From NCBI RefSeq assembly GCF_036321535.1, contig NC_087437.1:51834001-51898000 (forward strand): DNA of 64,000 bases, given 5' to 3'. Positions 24,001 through 37,520 of the stretch are shown here, one piece after another; position 1 is the first letter of the stretch, and each line of letters opens with the position of its first letter. This DNA is from Camelus dromedarius (lineage: Eukaryota). Both the position numbers and the translations under genes were made by a program. Below the pieces are notes generated by a model. It was not told the DNA's origin, did no database searches, and saw nothing but the letters and a program-made list of their open reading frames with translations.

Positions 24001-27000
24001 TTCCCCTTGAGGCCTTTGGGGATGGTAGCTTGTCAGCAGGTAGAGAGTGGGACCCACAGGAAGGAAGAGCCTGAGCAAAAATGCAGGGGCTGGGAAGAAC
24101 CCGGCAAATCAGGGCATGACAGGAGTCCCGGTGGCCCAGTGTCTGGAGAGCATGCAGAGGAGTAGTGGGAGGAAGGCAGGAAGGTTTGTGGGGGCCAAGT
24201 TTTATAGAGCCTTGCCTGTCAGGAGTTTGGATTTTATGCTATAGGTACTTCTCCAAGGAGGATATTTGAGCCCTGGGATAAACACAGTATTTCTTTCAGG
24301 AGCATCAATTTTCCTTGAGGTGAATAATTTTAAACATCTTCATATTAAAAGAAATTCAGATATATCATGGAATAGAATGCAAAATCCTCATGAATTTTTA
24401 AGAGAAAACAGAAGACTTCAAAGAGAGCTTGGGTGTGCTGGCAGGAGCTTCAGGCTGTGCGGTCCCTTGGGGGGACTGAAGGCATTTCTTTTGTCTGCTG
24501 TTGATGCACTTCAGCAGGAAAGTTTGAGAAGTATTGATTTTGGATAAAATGTTTTGATCCTAGGAATAAAATAATTAGGTATATTTCAAGAAGGGTGGTG
24601 GGGGCTTGGAAGACAGGTTGGGTGGGGCAGGGACTGAGAGCAGGAGACAGGATAGGAGACGGTTGCAATAATGTCTCTGTAGACACGAAGGGCCTAGGAG
24701 GGCTGCCTTGGCCTCAGACCCCACCTCTCTGCCCTCACTTTTTTGGAAGAGGACTGCCTAAGAGGTCGCTGCCCCGGAGCCCGCTCTTTCCTTTTAAAGG
24801 GCTCCATGATTAGAAGAGGGAGGCTGTAGCAGAAGCAGTTAAGGGAGGGCCTGGGCCTGGGCCAAAAACTGGTCCCCACAGAAAACCTTTGTGCCCTGGT
24901 CACCTCAGCCACCACGCTACCTGCTCCCAGCAGGTGAATAGCTTACCAGCTGGGAGGTACCAGAGGGCAAATGACTGGACCAATGATTCTCTAGGGTGGG
25001 AGTGGGGGGAGGTCCTGTCTTGGTGCAGTGTCCTTGGACCCAGCATGGTGGCCAACACCCTGTGGTCAAGAAAGACACACAGGGAGGAAGGAGGGATAAG
25101 ACATCTGCTTAGGATCAAGACTGCACTCTACTTCTTAGCATCAGTAGATGGAGATAGCCCACCTTACTTGGCCAGACTCTCCTTTCAGATGAGCCTTTTT
25201 TAAAGATAGCTTAGAATTTATCTCTTGAAGCATCATTTTTTAAAAAGCATTAAACAATTCCTTAGTGCTTAATTTTTTTTCTCATTTTAGAAGGGATTGT
25301 TTATTGGAGAACAATGAGAAAATCCTATCAACAAGAGAAAAAAAACCAAAACACCTATAATTTTACCCGGGGGTAACCACAATTGACAAATACCCTGGTG
25401 TGTCTCCTCCCCCAATTGTTCTAAACTTGTGCTTTTCAAAAAAAAATGGCGTTATCTTGTATACTCTGCTTTATATACACAATATATATATTTCTTCATA
25501 TATTGTGAATCTCTTACACTAATAAATATTTTTCTATAATGTAGTCATTTGTGCTTGAAAATATTCCCCAGATCCCATGTTACATTTAATGCCTATTGTT
25601 ATATATTTAGGTTGTTTTCAGATTTTCCTTATTAAATACAATGTGATTAACTTGCTTGTGGCTATCTTTCACAAGGCAATATTACAATAATTCCTTTTAT
25701 TTTTTATTTTACAAATAACCATTTCATTGCAGAAAAACAGAAATTAAGATAAGAAAAATATTAAGCACCTGTAATCGTACCATCCAAAAATCATATTTAC
25801 CATTCAGGGACTATCCTTACAGTTTTTTTCTGTATACATATTTATAGCTATACACAAATACATGTACCAGATAAAATCTATAAGACTGGTATGAATAAAT
25901 TTTTATTAAAATAACACTACTTGCCAACCTGCTTTTCCTTGTTAATATATAATGGCTATCTTTGTCATTAAACAGTGTTTAATACTGTAATTGTATTGCT
26001 TTCTAATAATACATTGTATAATTGTGCAAACATTGATTTATCCTATTGTTATTTGAGTTTCTCCTGGAGCTTTCTTCTTTTCTCATTTTGTAAGAGTTCT
26101 TTAAATATTATGGATATTAAATTCTTTGTCACGTTGCAAGTATCTTTTCTGGGTTATTTTTCTTAGAGGCTTGTTTAAGGTATATTTTTTCCTGTTTATT
26201 TTGTAATTATAGAAATAAAACATGATCACTGTACAAAAATTAGAAAGTATAGGTAAAAAGAAAAATAATTAAAATTAAATGACCCTAAATCTCCCCCACT
26301 GTAGATAACTGCTATTAAGTTTTAGATTTTCTTATTTCCCAAGATATATAAGAATATGACCATAGAGATACATGATTTTTTTAAAAAACAAAAGTGAGAT
26401 TATTCTATATGTATTTCTGTGACCTACTTTATGCACTACATCCATTTTGAAAATCTTTCCTGTCAACACAAGTGAATCTGCACCATTATGTATTAATTTT
26501 ACTTTAAAAATAGATAATACTTTCACATAGTTCAAAAATTAAAATGATACAAAAAAACATACATTGAGAATTTTTGCTTGCACCCAAGTCCTTCTTCACA
26601 TGGTTTCCTGATTTCCCCCGCCACAGGTCACTGCTTTTAATAATTACAGTGTCCCTTTTTGAAAATACAATCAAATGCAATTATATACACCCCACCCTTT
26701 CTTACAAAGAAGTTAGCACATTATATATATTATTATGCACCTTGCTTTTTTAAAAAAAACTTGATAATATGTAGTGGAGACTTTTTTATATCAGCACATC
26801 TTTGTGGCATATTATGGTGTGAATGGACAGTAATTTCTAACCAATTCCATGTAACTGGACATTTGGGTTATTTCAAACTTTTACAAGCAATGTTATAATA
26901 CATACGTCATTTCCTTATGTGTGCAAATACATTTGCAGGAAAAATTCAGAGAGCAGGGTTGATGAACCAAGGGGTAAATATATTAGTAATGTTAATAGAA

Positions 27001-27643
27001 AATGCCAAATTGCCCTTCAAAAGGGTGTAGCATTTTATATTCCTATCAGCAGTGGATGAGGGCGAGTATTTCCCTACAACTTCTAGTCAAGTGTATTTTG
27101 GATACCTATACTTCTGATAGGTAAAAACTGGGTCTATCATTGCAAGTATAACTTGCACTCATTATTACTAATGAAGTCAAATATTCTTTCATATGCTTAA
27201 AAGTCACCTGTATTTCTCTTTTCTTAAAAAAAGTGTTTTTTCTATTGAGTTATTCATCTCCTTGATTTATAGAAACAAATTACGCATTTGAGTGATTGAC
27301 CCTTTGTGAAATGATTTGCAGTTTTTTTATACAGTTAGTCTTTTGTTTTTGTCTTCACTTTGCTTATGGTACTTTGTCCCTGCAGGAGTTTTAAGATTTT
27401 TGTTTAGGTGTATTTATCAGTCTTTTCTTTCATGACTTCTGGATCTTGAACCAATTAGAATGGTTTTCATTACTCCAAGATTATAAAGGAGTTCTATTAT
27501 TCTTCTGGTAATTTTATGGTTTTATTTTGTGCATTTAAATCTTTGATCCAATTGACACTTATCCTGGTATATTGTATGAAATACTGGTCCAGCATCTGTC
27601 TTTTTCCAGTTAGTTGGGTGCCATTTATTACAAAGTCTGTCTT

Positions 27644-27883
27644 GGGGAAGGATTAATTAGGGATTGTGGATTAAGAGACAAACATTACTATATATAAAAT
27701 AGATAAACAACAAGGACCTATACATAGCACAGGAAACTATATTCAATTCCTTGTAATAATATATAATGGAAAAGAATCTGAAAAGAAAAAACATATGTGT
27801 GCATATGTATATTTGAGTCACTTTGCTGTACACCTGAAACTAACACTGTAAATCAACTACACTTCAATAAAAAAAATTTTTTT
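27644..27883 (+). mobile_element. 5'-truncated L1 3'UTR (cetartiodactyl-type), nested in old L1M
   Basis: ataaacaacaaggacctatacatagcacagg...gctgtacacctgaaactaacactgtaaatcaactacacttcaataaaaaaaa. TSD aagtctgtctt 27633-27643 / aagtctatctt 27884-27894. Confidence 0.88.
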
Positions 27884-28022
27884 AAGTCTATCTTTACCTC
27901 ACTGATTTGGTATTTATCATGTACCAAAAATCTCATATATATTTGGATCTCTTTCTGGGCTTTATTCTATTCCATTGGCCTATATGTCTACACAGCATCA
28001 GTTTTGGTAGCTGTATAGTATT

Positions 28023-28205
28023 TTTTAAAATTTTCCTTCATTGACGTATAGTTGATTTATGTTTTGCACTTATTTTGGTTTGTTTTGGGGGGACATTATT
28101 AAGTTTTCTTACTTTTTTCTTTATTTCTTAATCGAAGTACTGGGGCTTGAACCCAGGACGTCGTGCATGCTAAGCTCTACCCCTGAACTGTACTCTCCCC
28201 CCAGG
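28023..28205 (-). mobile_element. tRNA-derived SINE (Vic-1-like), degenerate, nested in old L1M
   Basis: Core gtactggggcttgaacccaggacgtcgtgcatgctaagc. Perfect TSD agctgtatagtatt at 28009-28022 and 28206-28219. Confidence 0.85.
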
Positions 28206-29563
28206 AGCTGTATAGTATTCCTTTTTCTATATATAGCATAATTTATTTGACAAATTCATTCCTGGTAAACATCTAGGTTGCTTCCAATTTTTCAACATTC
28301 CAAAGAATAACTCAGTGAATAAAATCCTTACATGCATTTTATGTGTGTGTGTATAGAGTAGGTCAGTTTTTTCTTTTGGATAAAATTTTATATGTGGAAT
28401 TACTAGGTCAAAAGCTATGTGCCTTCTTAGGCTGTTTTCATCCACATTGCCAAAATACCTTCCAGAAAGATTATACCAATTTACACTCCCTCCAACAGTG
28501 TACCAGTGCTGATTTCCCCCCACCCAAACCAGCTCCCAGTGTTATCATTCTTTTTAATCATTACCAATCTGATCAGGGGGGAAAAAAAAGTTTTTCATTG
28601 CTGTTTTAATTTGCCTTTGTTTGAATGCTAGTGAGGTTGAACATTTTTTCAATTTATGGTGGCTTTTGATGTACAGAAGTTTTTAATTTTTAATGTAGTC
28701 AGATCTATCAATCTTTTCCTCTATGGTTTCTGCTTTTGTTGACATGTTTAGAAAGTCCTTCCCCATCCTAAGATTATAAAATATCCACTTATATTTTCTT
28801 CTAGTACCTTTATGGTTTCAGTTCCATCTTTCTCCATCTGGTATTCATTTTGATGAACGGTGTGAGCCGGGAAAGACAGTGTATGATTTATTTATTTATT
28901 TATTTCTCGAATGGATACCCCATTCTTTCATCACTGTTAAGAAGCATAAATTTGTATTTGTGTTTGTGTAACTGTTCCTAGAATGAACATCTTGAATGGC
29001 TGGATACTGAGTGTGACCGAGCTCTAGACTTTGGGTCATCATTAGACATATCAGTCGTACTAAACAGGCAAATGTGGCACCTTCCAACATATGTGGGCTT
29101 TTAAGGACCGACTGACATTTGACACTCGGATCTCAGCATTGCAGCTCAATGCTTCTGAAACTTCAAGTGAGCCCATCTGTGATCCTCCTTGAGTCTTGGT
29201 TTCTTCATCTGTAAAATGGGGCAGTAATAGTTATTCCCTTGGGACTGAAGCCCACCCTCCTCCCTCCTCCATCTAGTGATGGCCTCAGGCCCTTCCCATA
29301 AATAGGATATGCTGGTGAGGGGAAGGGTTGAGTGCTGTGTTTTCTTTTTATAGGCCTTCTATCTTTACCCTTGTGCTCAGACTCTCATTTGTTACGTACT
29401 GCTGCTATTAGTGTCTTTTCATTAGCAGCCTTTCTCTCTCCTTCTAAATACGCCACTTTTAATTGTATACCAGCTAGGAAACTAGACAACTGGATTGTTA
29501 CAAGTGTATATAAAGAGTAACTGGGATCTGAGTGAGGGCCTCAGGGCCTCTCCCTGTTGTATC

Positions 29564-29742
29564 AAGTAGTGGTTCTCAGCCCTGGCTGCACATTAGAATC
29601 ACCTGGGGAGATTTAAAGAGTATCCATACCTGAGTCCACCCCAGACCAATGAAATCAGAATCCCTGGCTGTGGGGCCCGGGCCTGGGCACGTGATGAAGC
29701 TTGGCAGGTGATTCTCATGTGCATGCAGGGCTGAGTGCGCTG
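29564..29742. mobile_element. MER5A-like hAT-Charlie MITE
   Basis: agtggttctcagccctggctgcacattagaatcacctggggag...aaatcagaatc...caggtgattctcatgtgca. Confidence 0.85.
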
Positions 29743-31576
29743 GCTTTGTGAGATCTGTATTCACACTCAGTGGTCTCCCCCTCTGGTTCACTCCCAAAAT
29801 ATGCCCCAAGTTGTATGGAACAGAAGGCCAGATAGCAAAGATGTCAGGGATGTTTTGGAGGCTGTGGGCTTGCTGAAGAGAGCAGCCCCAACCCTCAGCC
29901 CTCTGTTGCCATGGAAGTCACAGACCTCTGGACGTTTGGAAATGATGTTGGCAGTTCCTCTTCAAAAAAACAGAACCATCCCAGTCTCCTCCCTGAGGCT
30001 GCCCCTCCTGCCTCTGGGGGCTCTTTCCAGCAGCGTGAGGGGTGGTAAGAAACAAACCTTGAGAAAATAGCTTTAGTTATTTCTGTTTTATTTGTGTATT
30101 TGTTCTCTTTTTCTCTTGTGCCTTTCTCTGTCCCCCAAAACATATGTCAAGCTTTGGTGAATCCGTTCTATTCCATGGATGGGACCACTATCTCCCAAAG
30201 GTAGGCTCACCCCCACCAACTACTGGTGGACCTACTTTGTCACTTGGCAATATAGATACAGACTGCAGGATGCGTCCCAACATCAAGTCTCTTTGCTACA
30301 AGATCAACCTTCTTGTTCTTGAGTTTTGATAACCTGACTGTGGGCTTAGCCCGTGAGCTTGCACCTCCTTCTAGGTGTCTCACCTGGTTCATCTAAGACT
30401 AGGGCCTCCCTGGTTCTATCAGGCCCTGTGGGGAAAAGCTACTACTTTTACCAATGAATTAAAACCGACTCCTCCAAGCTTACCGATGAGGGGAGAGTCC
30501 CTGGGGAGAGAGGTGACTGGAGTTTTCCCTTGGGATGTCTTACTCATCACTGACACTAGTCAGTGTCCTTACCCTCCAACACACACACCTACACAGGGCA
30601 GCTGAGACAAGGCTTGATCCTTCAGAGCAGACCTTACTGCAGGTTGGGAATAACAAGGGAAATAAACAGAAGTGTAACATGACTTCACATAATCTCATCT
30701 ACAAGACATAAATTGATCATGAGGGCTCAGGGCCCACCTTATCCTAGTGTGCGGTTGCCTCTGTGTAGTCAGGATCATCTCGGCAGCCCTGAGAAGCCTG
30801 AACATCTGCCTTCTTGAAAGTTCTGATGGATTCACCAAAATAATGAAGTCAAGAAGGAGACAAGTGTTCCCCTTCTGTCTGGTGCCACCATCTGAATTCC
30901 AGTTTCCTGTCTGAGGAGCTGCCTTCTCCTGGGATGACTGAAATGATAGCTCCTTTTTATGGGAAATAGGAACTTGGATTCAGGTAAGTTTTTGGTGGTC
31001 ATTAAGGCTGCATACAGAAGGGAAGGTGATTGGCGCACACCAGCTCACCTGAATGGCGTGGTTTTGCCAGAGATATGGTTTATACCCATAAAAGACAATG
31101 GCTTTTCTTTAGTTATGTTCCGTTGAGAGACACACAACGTTGTGAAATCCCCTGGTGTTGATTCACAACGGAGTTACAGGTGAGCAAACTGAGGGTTATT
31201 TATAGAGTGCTGATATTTATATGAGGCGCTTTTCAAAAGGGTCCCAATAGTTGTCCAGGGGGAGAGAAATACAAGGGTCTGTCAGTTTGCTGAGACTTTG
31301 TCTCTACCTCGAAGTCTATGTGACATAGCTCTGCTTATGTTGGTGATTTCTTCTTCATACTCTTTAAGAGAGACCTCACTCCCTATGCATCGAGGAAGGG
31401 CCTTACCCTATGGCCCCAAACAAACAAGAGTGTAGCAGGGCACAACAAAACACTGGGGGCTGAGTGCAAAAGGCTGATAATTTCCCTAGTGCTGTCTGTC
31501 TGGTGTGTGCTCCCGGAGGACGCGTGGCTATCTTCCTGCATTCCTTTTTGGTTGAGTAACCTCTTGAACTCTGGCC

Positions 31577-32397
31577 CACTGACTCTCAATGGAGGCAGTG
31601 CTGCCCCCTAGAGGCATTTTAGAAATTCGTGGCATATTTAAGTTCGTTCTGTTGGTTGCTGGGGCACTACTTGCAGGAGTCAGAGGGGGCCAGATTTCTT
31701 GCCTTGCTTGTGGCAGTTTTGTCCAAAGATTTGTCCTGCACTTCATGTGACCTTTGAATGCCCCCCTCCACATTCATACAGGTAGAAAATACCTTTATTT
31801 TGGTCTGAGCCTAGAAACGAATTCCCTTTCGTATATCAACACAAAATACTTTCTGCATAGTTTTAATGTACATTGAAGTTTTCATGAATGCTACTATCTT
31901 ACAAATTGAGAGAATACTGTATTTTATCTTTACCAGGAATTGTTCACCATTTCAGAAAACCACAATACCAACAGCAAAATTTCTCACTATATTTGAGTTG
32001 CTAAAACACACCTCCATTCATCTGCGTTCGTACATGTCTGTGTGAATATATAGCACCTGTTTAGTCCCGTTTCAGAATATCAGGTATAAAGAAGCGCCCT
32101 CATGTTCCAGTCAATGAAGTTTTGCTGCTCTTAAAATCAAACTTATTGTAAGTAGGTACAGTTGTCTTGTGTAATTATGCTCAAACATTTATAGATGAAA
32201 TCATATTATTTTATTCTAAATTATTTCCTTTTAGTTCTTTATCTTACAATTAGGGCAGTATATTGATTCTTTAAAAGATTATGTGTGTAGGTGGGTCACA
32301 TTGTCTATAAATTTCATTTCAGAAGAGTAAAAGTGGTCTTACAAAATACTTCCTATAAGAAAAGGAGCATTGGGTCTGATAGAATCGGGATCCACTG
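31577..32397 (+). mobile_element. MER20B-like hAT-Charlie DNA transposon
   Basis: Degenerate terminal inverted repeats cactgactctcaa / gggatccactg. Internal blocks tctgagcctagaa, ttgttcaccatttcagaaaa, ttatgtgtgtaggtgggt and cattgggtctgatag match the recalled consensus. Confidence 0.82.
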
Positions 32398-32419
32398 CTC
32401 TTGGCAACCTCCTGGAGGA

Positions 32420-32600
32420 TGTTTTGTCTTAACTAATTTTCACAACAGCTCTGTGAGCTAAGTCCTATTATGACCACCATTTTGCACAGGAGGAAACTGA
32501 GACGTGGAGACATGAGGCAACTTGCCCAAGGTCACATATCTGGAAAAGAAGGGAGCCAGGATTCCAGAGGCCAGGTCATGAATCTGCCTTCCACCCATCA
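32420..32600 (-). mobile_element. MIR
   Basis: ccattttgcacaggaggaaactgagac...cttgcccaaggtcaca. Confidence 0.75.
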
Positions 32601-33224
32601 TGTTTGGTCCCATCTCTCATGATTTGTCCAAGTGCCCCGGGTCTTTCTACCTGCAAGCCCACCTTCTGGCCCCGTTAGACCTTTTGTGGGGCCCAGCTGG
32701 GACTCAGGCTGAAAGAAAAAGTGACTCTTTGCTTTTGGATAAAATTTCAGTGGAGTAAATCAAAGGGAAGTGCTTTGCATAGAGCAGAGCCTCAATAAAC
32801 TTTGTTGAATGAATGAATGAATGATTTGGTTGAGTGGTGCTCAGTCCTTTGGAACAGCCCCTGGATTTTAGTAATTTATTTTGGTAAGTTGATGTGAATT
32901 TCCCAGCAGTTCACACTAGGTTCACGGGGCTCCCAGCTCGAGGACGGAGACTTCCATTGTCTCCCTGGGGCTGAGAAAGGCTGGCTACTCTTTTTTCCCA
33001 GGAAGCATAGCTGTTGAAACAGGAACCTGCACACCCCTCTCACTCTTTCCCCATGCTCACTGACATGGGCCTCAGGCCCTGGATGTGGGGTGTTCTTTAA
33101 ATAATAGCCTTTCTTCAAGCCCTTGCCTGTGATCTAACTGATCCTACAGTGGGTACTACAAAGAGATGCTGTGGATGCAGTGTCTCCTATGTCTTTGGCA
33201 GGGTCTCACTCTGGGCTCCTGCTT

Positions 33225-33510
33225 CTTTCCTTCATTCAGCAAATGTTTCCCGAGGGCTTCCTTTGTGCCAGGTACTGGGGTTCAGGGAAGAGCGACAACA
33301 CATGGTCCCCACCTTCCTGAGACTCAGATTTAGGAGAGAGGACTGGCTTTTGCAATAAAGTGTGAAAAGAGCTGTGACATACGAATATATAGAAGCTCTG
33401 GGAGCCCCAGGGGTGGAGCAGCTGACCCATACTGGGGAGAATAGGGAAGCCTTCCTGGAGGAGGTGTTGCCTGAGCTTAGTCCCAAGGAAAACTTATGAT
33501 TTAGCAAAGA
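33225..33510 (-). mobile_element. L2 3' end
   Basis: ttcattcagcaaatgttt...tgtgccaggtactggg...agggaagccttcctggaggaggtg. Probably continues at about 34740-35070, after the LTR16 and L1 insertions. Confidence 0.75.
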
Positions 33511-33521
33511 CAAAGGATGAT

Positions 33522-33984
33522 TCTATTAGTCAGGATCCCAATAGGGAATGATGACATACTAAGTTAGGATAATTTGAGGAGGGTTTATGTACAAAGTGGT
33601 TATTTGCAAAGGTGTGGGTAGGGGATGGGGGAACATTACAAGCTGTCAGAGAAACCCAGGCTAGCAGCAGTGCTATCTCTACCCCTAGGCCAGAAGAAGT
33701 AGGGGGCGGAGGGCGCTACTGTACTCTGGAAGGAGAGAAAGTCCTGTAGAACAGGCTACCTTGATAGAAGGAGTGACCCTCCATCTGTGAGCAGCCAGCC
33801 TGAAACCACTACACAGGAGCTGAGTAAATACCCTGGCTTCTGTTTCTCCCATCCTCCCATCGCTCCGCACTGGCTAAACTCAACCAGAGGCCATAGGGAC
33901 CTGGAGTTTGTTTATGTGATCCATCTAGGGCACAGAGCAGGATGAAGAGTGGGACTGGAGGGGCCTGCAGATCCATCTAGCACA
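33522..33984 (-). mobile_element. LTR16-like (ERVL) solo LTR
   Basis: Start tattagtcaggatccc..ataatttgaggagggtttat..atttgcaaaggtgtggg and end ctggaggggc...atctagcaca resemble the recalled LTR16C consensus. Confidence 0.7.
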
Positions 33985-34040
33985 CTGGGTTAGGGAAGAC
34001 TTGGAGATGTGGGAGAGCATGTAAATTGGGGAAATTTATT

Positions 34041-34705
34041 TATTTTTTGGAAGTATAGTTGATTTACAATGTTGTGTTAGTCTCTGGTGCATAGCAAACT
34101 GATTCAGTTACACACACACACACACACAATTATATATATGTATTCTTTTTCATTATAGGTTATTACAAGGTATTGAATATAGTTCCCTATGCTATATAGT
34201 AGGACCTCATTGTTTATCTGTTTTATATATAGCAGTATCTGCAAATCCCAAATTCCTAATTTATTCCTCCCCCACCTTTCCTCTTTGGTCACCATAAGTT
34301 TTCTATGTCTGCAAGTCTGTTTCTGTTTTGTAATTAAATTCATCTGCGTCTTTTTTTAGGATTCCACATATAAGTGATATCATATGATATTTCTCTTTCT
34401 TTTTCTGACTTAGCATGATAACCTCCAGGTCCATTCATGTTGCTGCAATTGGCATGATTCCATTCTTTTTTATGGCTGAGTAATATTCCATTGTGTATAT
34501 TTATCACATTTTCTTTATCCATTAATCTGTTGATGGACACTTAGCTTGCTTCCATGTCTTGGCTATCGTAAATAGTGCTGCTTTGAACATTGGGGTGCAT
34601 TTATCTTTTCGAGTTACAGTCACCTCTGGATGTATGCCCAGGAGTGGGATTGCTGGATCATATGGTAATTTTTTAGGGAATATCCATACTGTTTTCCATA
34701 ATGTC
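34041..34705 (-). mobile_element. 5'-truncated L1 (ORF2 C-terminus + 3'UTR)
   Basis: ORF 34522-34767(-) contains WKTVW..LPYDPAIPLLGIHP..KDKCTPMFKAALFTIAKTWKQAKCPSTD, typical of the L1 ORF2p C-terminus. TSD tggggaaatttatt 34027-34040 / tggggaaatgtatt 34706-34719. Confidence 0.93.
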
Positions 34706-37324
34706 TGGGGAAATGTATTCTTTCTGACTGGCATGTGGAGAAAACAGGGCTGAGAGCTGTCTGTCATGAAAGGCCTTACATGTCTTTCTGAGGAATTTGA
34801 AAATGTATCCTAAAGGCAGGGGAGCACTGAAGGATTTTTAGGCAGGAGGTGAGATGATTAGATATGTGTGTTTAAACGGCCCCCCTAGTCCTGGTGTGCA
34901 GATGATTTCATGGTACTGTTTCAGACTAGAGATGGTGAGGCCTAAATCAAGACAATGACCATGGAGAAAGAAGTGGGTGGATTTGAGGACTTCTTAGGAA
35001 GTAGACTCAAAATATGATAAAGGATTGGATAGACAGATGTCAAGGAAGGCCCTGGATTTTGGCTTGAAGCTCAGGCAGGGGAGGGAATTTTGAGAGAGCA
35101 GGTTGGTTGTCTGACTGTCGCCTCCTGGCTTTGCTTTCTGGATTCAGGAGGAGACTTAGATTGGCCCTCATTAGCAGGCCCTTAATCTTTCAAGGGCACT
35201 TTGGAGGGGCTTCTTGGTCACGCAGCAGGTTGGTCTCACCTTGGCTGTTCCAAGAGCAAACCCAAGTAGAGAGCAGAGGAAGGCACCTTTTGCTGCCCCC
35301 ACCCCCCCACCCCAGGATCTCCCGAACCAGGACCTGCTCCCCTCCAAATCCCTGCCCTTTCCATATGGAGAGAGGATGTGTTTTCTTTTTACGTGCTTCA
35401 CTGCAGGGGCAAATGAGGCCCAGCTGAGGGGAGAGCGCCAGCAGTGACGGCAGAGCACGGGCTCCGAGAGCTGGGGCGATCGCTGGGGTGCTGTCATCCC
35501 CAGTTTCCTTCCCCAGCTTTTCTGAAGGCCTCAGTCCCTGTAGGCTCGTTTTTCATCACTTGCAACTCTGAAGAACCTGCTATCCAGTAACAGGTCCCAT
35601 TCCTCGGAGTTCTCTGCCCAGAAACCTGGAATAATTTTCTTTTGTTATAGAGGGAAACGCTGAGGTAGTTCTTTCAAGTCCTAAGAACTTGGGTAGTCAT
35701 GGCAACCCATAAGGGCGGGGTGGGTAAGGTGGGGGCTTCTTAGCAGCATTTCATTTCAAATGCCAGATTAAAGGAAAAGCTCCTTTGGAGTTTGCCTCAT
35801 TAAGACATAGCTGCGTGCAGGCTTGCTGGATGGTTTTCTGGTTCATCATTTTACACATTATATTTTGCCTACATTTTCTCACATGATGGACAGTCTTCTG
35901 GGACTTCTCCCTGAGAATTTTGGCTCACTGACATCTCTGAAAATTTTAGTTCATTCCTGGCAAAAGGGTTGGTGGGAGTGTTTCCTTTGTTCTATCTGGG
36001 GCCTTGTCCGGTAAGCCCCTTAACTTACAATGGGACTGACACTAAAAAAAAAAAAAAAGGTAACACGCTTATTGAAGTTTTGTTCAGTCTATGGAGGGAA
36101 AGATGTTTGTTGAGCAGCCATTTTACTCCACACTATACTTTTGGTCCAGGATTTTTCTCCCAGTTTCCCCTGGGCCAAGGACCGGGGGAGTCCAACTCTG
36201 ACTCTGGCTCTAGGGATATCTTCCACCTGCTGTTGGGAGAATCTAGGAGAAAATAAAGGTGGAAATGTTTAACCCAGGAGGCCGAACTCAAGTATTTTTT
36301 TCCCTGAACTGAACCATCTCTCCTGGTTGTAAGTGACTTCAGAATTCTCCTTTAGCTGGGACTGGCTTCTCCACTCCACCTCCATCCAAACTGTCTTTCC
36401 CAGCAGGGAATTCCAATTCAGACCCATAAAAGATATTCAATCACCTTACAATCGCTCAGGTGTCAACTAAAATATTTTCCACACTCAGTCACTAAGGCTT
36501 GTCATTTATTCCTTCAATGTGACTCCTAGATTCACCCCATTATTTAAACAAAAGCCCCCATTTATTGAACATTACTGAGAGCCAAGATTTCTATGCATCA
36601 CCTAATTTAATAGTCACCAAAATCCCATGAGGCAGGTACCATTATTCTCATCTTTCAGAGAAGGGAACTGAAGACCCCAAAAGCTAACTCGTTCAGAGCC
36701 AAAAAGCCGGTCAGAGGCAGAGCCGGGGCAGTCTGCTGCTCTCCCCACCATGACACGCCCTGGTGCCATCACCCAGCTCTCATCCCCTCTTACTCGACCT
36801 CAGCCAGCACGCCTGCACAGGCTCCTCACCTCCTTTCCTGAATGTGTGATGAATGAATGAATGAATGATATTCCTAAAGCTCCCCTTTCATTGCTCCCCT
36901 GGTAGGCTCAGTTTTGGGGGTGCAGAGACCACGCTGTCTTGGTCACCATGGTGTCTATGGGACTTAGCCCACAGAAAGTGCACAGTAAATGTTTACTTAT
37001 TTACTTACTGAATCAATGAAAAAGATCTCTTTCCTCCACAAGTCCCTCCTTTATTCTCTTTCCTTGGGTCCCTTCAAGCTGGAGCCACTGCTGCCCTCCA
37101 CCATCAAACATGGCTCCCCTGGCTCCTGAGCCAATCCTGTCCAGGAAGGTAGACTGATCAGAGTATGTGCGTGTGTTTACAGCGTACATGCCCATGGAGC
37201 TCCCGGAGCTCTGGCTGCTTCTGCTGCTGCAGGGAGAAAGTATTTCTGCCCCAGATCCAAGATCAGGGGGTGAGTCCTGGGCCCCCAAGTGCCCAGTGGG
37301 TCCCATCCTCACCCATCCATAGAG

Positions 37325-37520
37325 TAGCTATTTACTGAGCACCTACTAGATTAAGTACTTCATGTCTGTGATCCCATTTAATTGTCACAACAACCTCTAA
37401 AGGCAGATACAGTGTCTCCATTTTACAGATGAGGAAACTGAGGCTTGAAGAGATTAAGTCCTTGCTAAAGGATACTGGTGGAGGAGGGATTTGAGCAGGG
37501 GCTTATCTGTGGTCGGAGTC
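37325..37520 (-). mobile_element. MIR
   Basis: tatttactgagcacctacta...ccattttacagatgaggaaactgaggctt. Confidence 0.8.

Larger units (their letters stand above)
25240..28940 (-). mobile_element. Block of old, fragmented L1M/L1ME sequence with younger nested insertions
   Basis: The most AT-rich block in the window. L1-like motifs such as tggacatttgggttatttc and gctagtgaggttgaacattttttc. ORF 28227-28523(-) reads YTVGGSVNWYNL...KNWKQPRC, resembling ORF2p. Confidence 0.8.

Noticed and set aside
34340..34767. Protein-like ORFs
   Set aside because: Degenerate L1 ORF2 C-terminus, not a host gene.
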